A stretch of 63,144 nucleotides of DNA, counting the filler, from Jimgerdemannia flammicorona (lineage: Eukaryota), in the NCBI GenBank assembly GCA_003990765.1. It is 2 parts of 2 records of this genome, joined end to end, with 100 filler letters (N's around TTAATTAATTAA, not from the genome) between each part and the next. Parts side by side here need not be neighbours in the genome. Positions count along the whole stretch, not along the records: positions 31,627 to 63,144 come from RBNJ01000391.1; 1 more part is not named here. One strand, given 5' to 3'. This document shows positions 49,923 to 63,144 of the stretch, in pieces. Both the position numbers and the translations under genes were made by a program. The number at the start of each line of letters is the position of its first letter. Position 1 is the first letter of the stretch. The notes under the pieces were generated by a model. The model was given only the letters and a program-made list of their open reading frames with translations, had not been told where the DNA came from and searched no databases.

Positions 49923-50021
49923 GTTGTCGGTTGTCATTGTCGGAACTGCCTTCAATGTTGTCGGTTGTCATTGTCGGAACTGCCTTCAAGGTTGTCGGTT
50001 GTCATTGTCGGAACTGCCTTC
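49923..50021 (+). repeat. 34-bp tandem repeat x3 (GTTGTCGGTTGTCATTGTCGGAACTGCCTTCAAK)
   Basis: Three near-perfect adjacent copies without spacers. Confidence 0.95.
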
Positions 50022-50203
50022 CGACGCCGATTTCGTTGATCCGGACGTCGATCCGGAACCCATGTACTAATTGATAATCCAATTACCTTTTCTAGTCGCA
50101 AATTGGGTTCCTGAATACTGGCAGCAAGGTAGCTTACACGCTTCATGCACTTGATTGCAGATAATTTGGTGGCAAATATCTTAAACTTCGTATATTCAAA
50201 TTA

Positions 50204-50573
50204 ATGACTCCACCAGCACCAGCCATTGCTACTGATGAAAGCCAGATCACACAGCTGTCAGAACTGATGGCGAGCCAACAGAATGTCGAATGGGATACCA
50301 CGACGCACCGATCACTTAATCAGCCATCGGAACCTTTCCATGTCGATCCGCACGTGCAATACCTCGCTAATGGCAGCCCATTTCCATTCTCCTTTAACGA
50401 CACAGAGCTTGAGTTCTTGCAGACAATTCTTAAGAGGGACCAAGGTAAGCATGGCCTACCTATTTAACTCTATTTGTTGTGATTGGTTATTAAGGGTTTC
50501 CTTCCGCATGCTCACTCGTTTTTTCCTACCCGACGATAGACACGCTATGGGCCTCGTATCCGTACGTTCAGTA
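50204..50573 (+). CDS. Possible small hypothetical protein (or 3' exons of one)
   Basis: ORF from 50204 with a GTAAGC donor at 50444 and an AG acceptor near 50539 giving DTLWASYPYVQ*. No recognisable domain. Confidence 0.3.
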
Positions 50574-51421
50574 AGGTTTACCATTCCCACAAGACACGTA
50601 CTTCCATTTTAATTAATGGCGGTTTAAGTCGGCGACACTGGCGAGGCTCAGGATACAAACATCTATAGGCGTTTTCTCATACTCTCTCTTGGACAATAAG
50701 AAATAATAGGTATTAAAAGAAATATTTGCTTTCTCCGGGATTCTTTTTGGATGGAAATTCCGTTTTGTGCAAAAAGGAAACCGTGCTAGGATATTTTATG
50801 CTCTTCATTGTAAATTTTTAAGGTCTTCGCTTGTATGTATGAATCCATTAAGGTTATTGAATATTCATTATGTATGATATGGTACATTTGTGCTGTTTTA
50901 CTCGGTTAATTAAAAGCTCGTGGTGGAAGTCACTTCTCGTTTGCATTGGCGATGTGAGTGCTCTGTGGCCTGCCAGTGTCGAAGGTCGCGATCATGTGTA
51001 TTGAAATTACTTATACACACGACGAATTGCACTCGACATAGAGCGTGGCCACACCGCGCAAGGAGCTTTGTCCACCGCAAAGCGCATTCCAATCAATAAA
51101 AGCCCGTGCATGCTATTGGCCGCGGGTTCAGGGGAGCAACCCGTTGCTTCTTCCCGATCAGGTCGGTGGCTTGGTAACATGGCCAAGGAGTCAAGGGGTT
51201 CAAATACGGCGGAAGGCCCGTTCTTGGCGATCCGGTCTCGAATTCCCACTATTGTCAATCTCGCCTGCGGACAGAACCCGGGAGCCACGAAAAACTCGTC
51301 ATTTCCTACACGGGTTCACTAGACCGAGGCGCAACATAACAGCAAATATCAACCCTTCCCTGCTTCAAGACATAATCTCACTCTTTATCCATCATACTAA
51401 TCTCAAACAAACAAGCACAAT

Positions 51422-51931
51422 ATGTCGCTCGCCGAACTGCTCGCTCCACTCGGCTCCTGCTGCTCCTTGCTTCCCGGTCTCCTCCGCCGCGAAAGCAAGC
51501 GCGGTGACTACGCCCCCCTTCCGTTGCTGACAACGACGTCAGATTCGCCCGAAATGTCGCACTTGGTCAATCACCACCACCACCCCTCCGCACCCGCCTC
51601 CGTCACGCTCGTCGTCGCAAGCTCGCACTTCCCGCCGGCCTCATTCCTCCCACCCTCGAACCTACCCGCTTCCACTCGTCTTCTTGACTTCCACGAGGGC
51701 GACCGTATCCGCGTCGTGGACCGCTTGGTGAATAATGAGTATTTTCTCGGATATCGCGATGACGATGCGGATATGGTGGTCGGTGCGTTCCCGATGAATG
51801 TTGTCAGGGTAGATCGTGGGTGGTTGATGTCGCGGTGGAGTGGGGTAACTGGTGGGGAGGAAGGAGTGAAAGGATATGGCGGTGCTGAGGTTATGAGTAT
51901 GCCGGCACCTGGGGTGGTGATGGAGGTGTGA
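51422..51931 (+). CDS. Small single-exon SH3-like domain protein, 169 aa
   Basis: LLDFHEGDRIRVVDR...EYFLGY...VGAFPMNVV fits the SH3 pattern LxFxxGDxIxV...GxFPxNxV. Confidence 0.65.
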   Translation: MSLAELLAPLGSCCSLLPGLLRRESKRGDYAPLPLLTTTSDSPEMSHLVNHHHHPSAPASVTLVVASSHFPPASFLPPSNLPASTRLLDFHEGDRIRVVDRLVNNEYFLGYRDDDADMVVGAFPMNVVRVDRGWLMSRWSGVTGGEEGVKGYGGAEVMSMPAPGVVMEV

Positions 51932-52171
51932 ATATGTATACCCACTCCCCAGTTTTAAATTGTATCATAGTTATTATAGTTCTCTTTTCTTCTCTTTCTA
52001 TATGCTTGACTGTCCTTCCGCCTCTGTCACTATTTTCTCTGACCGGTCAGAAGCAACAAACCATAAACCATAATTTTCAATCCGCATTGGTGTTTGTGTG
52101 CGCAAAGCCACCCAATTCTCCAATTCTGCCGTTCTGTACTGTCTCTCATCAACCCGAGCTGACCTTTCAAA

Positions 52172-55320
<3,149 letters not shown>

Positions 55321-55775
55321 GCGCGATGGGAGGAGAAAAGGTGAAAAATGGAAATCGTGTTTGGGGTTCTGACGGATTTACATAGGGATGCTGTTTCGGC
55401 AGCAGGCTGTCGCGGGTAGGAGGGGGGGGGGGGGGGGGGGGGGTTTCTCGCAACTGGTGGGACGCTAAAGCGGGCGGTTGAATGTACAGTTGTTGGTTTT
55501 AACGCGCGTTGGGTAATTTGTATGATATAGAGATATATGGATTACTGTGCGCATACAAAAATGTATTCCTTTATTCTGTGTAATTTTCTGTAGTAGGTAT
55601 GTAATACGGATGATCTCAGATCAGACATTGTGGTTGGCATGTTGGGTTTCGTTTGTATCGCGGGGTTGTGGGCTGTGAGACTCAGGTCGGGTGACGGCGT
55701 TTCGATTTTGCCTCTGCTTGTTTGTTTTCGTCTTCCTTCTTATCCACGCCCCACTCCCACCCTCTCCATCTCGCA

Positions 55776-57679
55776 ATGTTCTTGTCGAAGACCACCTCCG
55801 CCTTCAGGGTCGCCGCTTGCTCTGCTAAGGTATAATGAGCCGTTCCGAAGCACCGAACCTTAGCCAGAACGCGTTCCGCTATCAATAGACCAAATCGAGT
55901 TCTCTAACACGCCGCCTGCACGATTTCAACGTCATAGCTCAACGCTGCCCGCTCCATCTCCACTGCCACTCCCTCCACCCTCACCGAGGCCTTCTCCGCC
56001 TGCCAGAATGCCAACGTACGTACTTGGAGCTTACATGGGAATTCTCAGTTCTTTCTGAAAATCGGAGCAGAGTTTGACCTTTGATCTTCGCGTAAATCTT
56101 TGGATTTACTCCATAGGGTAACTACGAAGTGACGCTTATCCCCGGCGACGGTATCGGCCCCGAGATCTCCCGCTCTGTCAAACACATCTTCTCCGCTGCC
56201 AAGGTATACCTCTATCACAACATAGCCATTTCCTCTTTCCATCTTCTCGCTCACGGTGCCTTCTCTCCTCTCCCGGAAAGGTCCCCATCGAATGGGACGA
56301 AGTGGATGTAACGCCTGTCCTCAAGGACGGCAAGACAGCGATCCCCGATGAGGCCATTGCCTCGGTGAAGAAGAACACGCTAGCGCTCAAGGGTCCGCTG
56401 GCTACGCCGATTGGCAAGGGTCACGTCTCCCTCAACCTGACCCTGCGCCGCACTTTCAGCCTATATGCCAACGTGCGTCCGTGCCGCTCCATCGCCGGGT
56501 TTAAAACCCCGTACGAGAATGTGGACACCGTACTGATCAGGGAAAATACAGAGGGAGAGTATTCAGGTATCGAGCATGAGGTGAGTGGTAGTGACGGAGG
56601 TTGGAGGGGGCGGTGTATATGAGGGTCGAGGTTTGGAAGACGAGGGGCTTGAAATTGACCAGAGAGGAATGGAATGAGATTATGCTGAATCGGTGCGATC
56701 AACAACCACCGAGAAATATTGATGACGGTACAATTCTCATGGGATTGACATAGGCGAACAATCCCAAAGAGATGTCGTGCGTGTTTCACGCATTCACTCT
56801 TCAACCAATCTGTTACACAACACCATCGCGCGAATCTCCAACATCCGACTCCTTCATACAGGCATTCCACTAAACCCATTTCCTCTCCTCCAACCTTAGG
56901 TCATCGACGGCGTCGTGCAATCGATCAAACTGATCACAAAGGAAGCGTCGGAGCGGTGCGCCCGCTACGCCTTTACCTATGCTTCGCAGGTGGGCCGCGA
57001 CCGCGTCACCGCCGTGCACAAGGCCAACATCATGAAGCTTTCCGACGGCCTGTTCCTCGACACCTGCCAGCAGGTCGCCAAAGAGTTCCCTAGCATCCAG
57101 TTCAATGACGTCCTGTTGGATCGCGCTTGTCTTCATGTAGGTGTTGGGTTTTGGGGAGCAATTTCGGGCAGGCGATTGTGGAATGTGGTGATATCGGCAC
57201 ATTATATGCCAGCTATACATATACACGTTTATGCCCGGCCACTCTATACACGTCGCTTACCACCCACCCACGCACTCCACCTCCCTCACCCACGCCAGAT
57301 CGTCGAAGACCCGAGCCACTACGCCGACACTGTGATGGTGATGCCTAACCTGTACGGCGACATCCTGTCTGACATGTCCGCCGGCCTGATCGGCGGGCTC
57401 GGTCTGACACCCTCGGGCAACATTGGTCGCGAAGCCTCCATTTTTGAAGCCGTGCACGGCACCGCACCCGACATCGCCGGGCAGGACAAGGCCAACCCAA
57501 CGGCGCTGCTACTCTCCGCCATCATGATGCTGCGCCACATGCGCCTGTACGAGCACGCTGACAACATCGAGCAGGCCGTCCTCGGCACCATCGCCGAGGG
57601 GAAGACCCTAACGGGCGATTTGGGTGGCAAGTCAACGAACACACAGTATACGGCGGAGATTATTAAGAAGTTGACGTAG
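55776..57679 (+). CDS. IDH2: Mitochondrial NAD-dependent isocitrate dehydrogenase, catalytic subunit (fungal Idh2 / IDH3A type), multi-exon
   Basis: Presequence-like [18 protein letters not shown]. Motifs [44 protein letters not shown] and [13 protein letters not shown]. Confidence 0.93.
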
Positions 57680-58824
57680 TGCGAGGTTAAAGTTATATAT
57701 AGGATTTATGCTATACAATTACGGTGATGGTTTGAGCGGTGTGATGGGATAGAGATGTGGAGAGGTATGGAGTAACACAAACCGCAAAATATACATACCA
57801 CATACTAACTGTACTATGCTTAAAATGTGGAGGGTGCTCGATTTATCGGTAAAAATCCTTGGAAGTTATTTGGCGCACCAGCACAACAAATGTTATGTGG
57901 CAACTTGTCTCCCAGGCGACGATAGGTTTGACGATGTATTTTATCCATTTTTCGCAACGTTTTTATTTCCCTATCTTGTTTGTCCCTGGTTGATCGCTTT
58001 GATCTCCAAAGGGTCATCCCATCACAATATAATGAGAGGGGTTTGTCCTTCTCTCTTCATCCGGGGGCTGTTGACGAAGAAGAGTGATACTTCCTTGTGT
58101 TTGGTGATACTCCACGAAGATGTATTCTATTACAACGACTTGCACCCTGGCAATAGAGTGTTTGATCTTGTCACATCAGCCGAAGATGCCCACGTCGAAA
58201 CCGGCGCCTATGGAAGACTCGACTGCCTGCCGTCGGAAACCTTTCAAACGATGGCGTCCGGCATCCACTGTCTTGGACTTTGTTATGGGAATTGATCAGT
58301 ACCCTGCGTGAAGATCCGATCTGGAACTTGAACCCGAGCGGCGTTGAGGTCTTGAGAGCTGGGTGGATGCCATGAAACAACCTTCCGTTTTCGTCAGAGA
58401 CTCTATCCTTTATTGTCGAACGACGAACAGCCCATGAGTGCTAGAATCTGCATCAACGACCGTATACAACGAGGTCAGCGATGGCAGCCTCGACTCCAGC
58501 GTCCGTTCCCTTCCATGCCAGCTGGTTCCATCCCCATGTGAGTATTCGCGGAGCTGTCCAGGAAAGTGATCAAAGGGGCCAACGCTCGCGTACGACCACA
58601 CAAGTGTTGCTTTGGTGCTTTGTTGGGGTAAGATACAAGGTTTCCTGACATTCTCTCATTTTCGTGGTTTTGATCAGATGACGATAATGTGTTCATTCTC
58701 AGAGCCTTCATCTCAACGGGCGGTTTTCTGCTCGTTTATATAGCATGACTTGCGGGTGGTTCCATACGCTTTCTGTTTATTTGTAAAACCCCCTACTCCT
58801 CAATATGCGAGATACAGATAAACG

Positions 58825-58871
58825 GGACTCTGAGTCCGTAAAACAAAAAAAAAAAAAAAAAAAAAAAAAAA
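58825..58871 (+). mobile_element. Extremely 5'-truncated retro-insertion (20 nt plus poly(A)) with 16-bp TSD
   Basis: GAGATACAGATAAACG (58809-58824), then GGACTCTGAGTCCGTAAAAC(A)n, then GAGATACAGATAAACG (58872-58887). Confidence 0.9.
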
Positions 58872-59046
58872 GAGATACAGATAAACGAGCGAAGTCAACA
58901 GAGGCTTAGTCGTAATTCACCGACATGGAGTATTGTTCACGTGATAAAGTGGCTGAGCAAATCCTCGACAAGAAATTTCGACCGTCACGTGTTCCATACA
59001 TCGAAAAAGTGAGTCACCCTCATATATGTACATCGTCGAACGCAAA

Positions 59047-59644
59047 ATGTCAAACAACTTCAGTTGCGGCTGCATGCTCCCCAAAAACACTAAGGAGCCG
59101 ACCTTTAAGGCCTCAAAATATTTTGAAGACCTCAGTGCCAGCTTCGCCATCAACACCAAACAGGAACAATTGACCGCCCAGTAAGTGCCCCAATCACACC
59201 AACCGAGTTCCGATCCCTCTAATTCTTACCACCTCACCCCACTCTAGCTACTCCTGGCTCGTTCAACTCCGACGCGACCTCCCAACCACCTCCATTCCAT
59301 ACATCGAAGCGACGCTCGAGCACCCCTCTCGCCGCAGCGAACCACTAGTGGTTCCAGCGATGGAGCTGGCACAGACGGACCCGCATGCAGCGCCGTTTCC
59401 TTCGCGGCGGTTCTACGTGCTGTCGCCAGCGCTGGCGGGTGTGCAGTGCGGGTTGTACAGCATGCGGCTGACGGCGTACGCGGATCGGAGCAAAACCAAG
59501 GTGCTGGCCACTCATGAGAATGAGATCTTGTCGAGGGTGAATACAGAGACATGCTTCAGGGACGAGTTTATGAGGGCAATGGGGGAGATGGAGAAGAGCC
59601 AGGGGTGGGAGGAGGCGGATAAGAGGAAGAACGGGAAGAAATAG
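59047..59644 (+). CDS. Hypothetical protein, ~176 aa, two exons
   Basis: Exons 59047-59180 and 59248-59644 are joined in frame by a GTAAGT...CTAG intron (MSNNFSCGC...EQLTAH-YSWLVQL...). Confidence 0.65.
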
Positions 59645-59957
59645 TAGAGGATTATATTAATCCGCTACGGTAAATAGAGCGTGGTATTGGTTGTGAATTT
59701 GTATATCCTCGGCATTTAGATGAGAACCGCGACTAATGTGGTTGGTATGCCCGGCAGTCGGACATAGGATTCAAGGATATAGGTGAAAGAGGCAATTTAA
59801 ATCCTGTGGCCCGAGAACTATCTCACATAGAGTTTGCCCTCTCTGGATGTTCGTATCGAACCCGCCGATCTCAATAACGATAATGTGAAATTGGCATATG
59901 CATTTATTTGCACCAAGACAAACCTCACACAACCAGCACCCCGTTCTACAAACGCCA

Positions 59958-61948
59958 TCACGCTCTCCCTTCCATGATCGCCCTATACTTCCTCTGATCC
60001 TCCAGCATCTTCCTAAAAACCCTGTATCTCCTCTCATTCAACTCTACCACCTCCGATACCCGCGTCGGCTCCACCACCTCTCCCGCCTGGCCCATTCTCA
60101 CCATAACGTCCCACAGCTCCTCCCTCTTCCCCTCCGCCGCCGTCGCCGCCTTGGCTCCCAAAAACGCCGCGCCGACGACCACGGCGCCCTCGATGCTCCT
60201 AGGCAGCACGACACGACACCGGGTCACATCGGCGTGGAGCGATAGGAACAACGGATTCCTGCATAGGCCTCCGGAGAGGCAAAGTGTATCAAGTGTATAC
60301 CCCTGTTTGTTGAGCGACTCGAGGATATGCCTCGTCTGGCATGCGATGGCCTGCAGTGTGGCGTAGTAACGAAGGGCAAGGTCGTCGACGGAAGTGTCGA
60401 GGGAGAGTCCCGAGACGGTACCGCGGAGGGTTGGGTCCGCGAGCGGGGAGCGGTTGCCGTGGAAGTCTGGGTAGATATGGAGGTGGGTAGTGAGGAGCTC
60501 GAGGTGTGGAAGGTGGCGAACGGTGCGAAGGTGGGCAAGGCGAGTGTTAAGGAAGGTGTAAATGTCGAGATTTTGGGAGGCAGCTTGAGAGCGGGCCTCG
60601 GAGATCGAGGGATGCGTGGTGAGGGTGTGGTCGATAAGTTGGCCGGTAGAGGATTGGCCGCCTTCGGCGCACCACATCGAGGGGACGAGGACGGAGAGGT
60701 ATGGGCTGTGGTGGGGAAATATGGTCAAAGAGATGTTGCCCGAAATAATCGCCAAAGTCAAATAAAATTTTATCATCGACTCACCCCCACACCCCTGGCA
60801 CGAAAATAGGCCTCGGTGACATCGCGATATGACAACTCGAGGTCCCACAAATGATCGCCAAGCGGTTCGCCCCCCTCTGCACCACACTACCCTCCTGCGC
60901 CTCCTCCCTGCCACCAGCTCCCAACGTCGCAATCGCCCCCGCATACGCATCGATGACGGCGGACCCAACGGGCGTCCCCTCGACCAACCCCATCTCCTCT
61001 GCCGCGTTCTTAGCCAACCCGTTGCCAACCACATCCCCAGCAAACAAGACCTCGCCGTTCTCCCCGGGCACTCCTCCGATACGTCTATACCTCTCCTGTA
61101 CGAACTCGCTCAACCCGATAGTGTCGAAGAAACTGTCGTCCCATCCCTTGGACCCCTCAACCCCGGGTGGGACGAACGAGCACTTGCACGTGAGTGAGCA
61201 CGCCGACCTTGCGAGTGACCCCGTGGCACGGAAGGTCAGAAAGTCCGGCAGGTCGAACAAGTGGGCAACGCGATCCCAATGCTCGCGCGGCGCATTCTCC
61301 TTCAACCACAAAATCTTGGGTACCTCCATCTCAAGGCTGACGGCCCCGCCAACGTAACTCAGAACAGTGTGCTGAGTAGCGTTGATGCGATCTGCCTGCT
61401 CCGCTGCACGATGGTCTGCCCAGAGGATGACGTCCTGGTCATTTTCGGCGAAGGCGGAGTCCTTGTCGACGCTGACTGGCGCGTGGCCGGCGTCGAGGAC
61501 GACGAGAGAGCATGTGGCATCGAAACCGATCCCGCGAACACGGGTTGCAGGGAGGTTGGAAGCGGTGAGGGCAGAGCGGACGGCGACACAGACGGAGGAC
61601 CAGATATCAGCGGAGGATTGTTGGTAGATGTCGTGGCGCGGGTGCCAGGTTTGGATCGGTTGGACATGGAGGCCTAGGATGTCGCCGTGTGCGTTGATGA
61701 TGGCCGCACGGGTGGAGCTGAGTAGGAAAAGCGGTTAATAGGAAGACGCAAGTTAGGATGCGCGGGTGCTTCATGCATCAAATCTTATACGGATTGTAGG
61801 TGTTATCTCCTACAATATCCCTCACAAAGTGCCGTGATAATCCGCTGTCTCAATTTCTAGTCTCCTCCGCATCGCTCAAAAAAGCTCACCCGGTTCCTAC
61901 ATCGACGCCCACAAAGCAAGGGCCGTCTTCGGTTGGAGTGGCAGGCAT
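59958..61948 (-). CDS. FGGY-family pentulose kinase (D-ribulokinase-like), three exons
   Basis: FVGVDVGTG, IGFDATCSL, WADHRA, EMEVPKILWL, IDAYAG, ICGTSSCH, EGGQSSTG, YPDFHGNRSPLADP and SGGLCRN. Confidence 0.92.
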
Positions 61949-62199
61949 TAGCAAGTAATGGCGACTAAGTAAGTTCTCGTCCAGAGATAGCGTAAGACAC
62001 CGATTTCATATTACAGATCACATGATTTGTTACGTCACGTGCACAGGGGTAATAAAACGGCCCCTTCGCTTTACGCGAATGGCGGGTCTTGGAAGCATAT
62101 GCTTCCATATAGCCAAACTCATTCGCCCCAGTTTACATTCAGACATTTGGAAATTCTGATTTTGCGTACATTTCGCGAAGGACACTTTGTAGCTTAAAT

Positions 62200-63144
62200 T
62201 TGTCTATTTTGCTGAAAAAAAAGATTTTTCAGTATTATCAATAAGTAGTTTGTGAGGTTTTATATAAGATCTTTAAAAGTATAATATATATTATATGAGT
62301 CAACTATAATTATATTATAATAGTCAAACCATCAAACTCAATACTCTATCTATTCTAAATATATATATAAATACTAGTACTGATATTTATTTATTTATTT
62401 ATTTATTTTCAAAAAAGAGTAAGTATTATAAAAATACTATATATAATCTATATTATGTAAATTACTCTCAAATTAACTCTTGAATATAGAATAAAGTAAA
62501 TATATATATATATAGATATAATTATACTTATTAACTTTAGTAAAAATTATATCTAGTAAATTACTATAGTAGTATTTCTAGTTTAAATATATATAAACTA
62601 AATATATATTTTATATAATTATCCTAATATAAATAAAATAATTATATTTCTTTACATATAAACAATTAGTATTTTTATAATTAAATATATTAATCAACTA
62701 TATTTATTAATTTATTTTTATATTTAATAATATTTTTATTAAAAAAATTTTTAAATCTCAAAATAGTATTTTTTTATAAATATATAAATATAGTCTAAAG
62801 TATCTTTTATAAAAATAAAAAATAAAATAAAAAAAAACTTAATAACTTTATAACTTTATAATAATATAATAATAATAATAAATAAGTCTAATATATATTA
62901 ATATATTAAAAATAATTACTTATTAATTATAAAATATTATAAATCTCTTATTTTTATATAAAAGAGATATAATCTATTATAGAGAGTTTTTTTATTTTAT
63001 TTTTATACAGTATGTTCCAAAACTGAACCAATGTTTTATTAAATTTTATATTTTAATTATTTAAATAAAAATACTCTAAATAAATATATTTTATATTATA
63101 ATATATTATAGTTTTATATTAGAGATATTTAAAAATATTAAATT
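62200..63144. repeat. Extremely AT-rich degenerate sequence, probably a hypermutated transposon relic
   Basis: Abrupt loss of C/G and TpA enrichment, same texture as 33210-34000. Confidence 0.55.

Noticed and set aside
49923..50021. CRISPR-like repeat length (34 bp)
   Set aside because: No spacers, eukaryotic context and no cas genes.
57816..58295. ORF containing NDLHPGN, similar to a kinase/phosphotransferase catalytic loop
   Set aside because: No other kinase motifs (DFG-like, ATP-binding Lys) and no convincing gene structure.

Overview
Eukaryotic, intron-containing fungal DNA; the protein set and style suggest an early-diverging fungus such as Mucoromycota (inference). Two contigs are joined by an artificial N-TTAATTAATTAA-N spacer at 31527-31626. 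The left contig is a nest of transposons. It holds three L1/Tx1-type LINE copies inserted into one another, a full-length Ty3/Gypsy chromovirus carrying a dUTPase, and hAT-like termini. It also holds a poly(A)-tailed element with no detectable RT ORF and a young endonuclease-less Penelope-like element (PLE). The PLE has inverted termini, a GNA-triloop ssDNA-type structure and a ~250-bp flanking direct duplication. The right contig has a partial GDP-fucose-transporter-like gene, a 7-kb AT-rich island of nested degenerate TIR elements, and a gene-rich block. That block encodes a Pcl/Pho80-like cyclin, DNA polymerase eta, an SH3-like protein, GH47 alpha-1,2-mannosidase, the NAD-IDH catalytic subunit, a hypothetical protein and an FGGY kinase. 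Repeats show massive C>T/G>A transition mutagenesis at CpG and CpA (RIP-like), while genes do not. All alignments and translations were done by eye.
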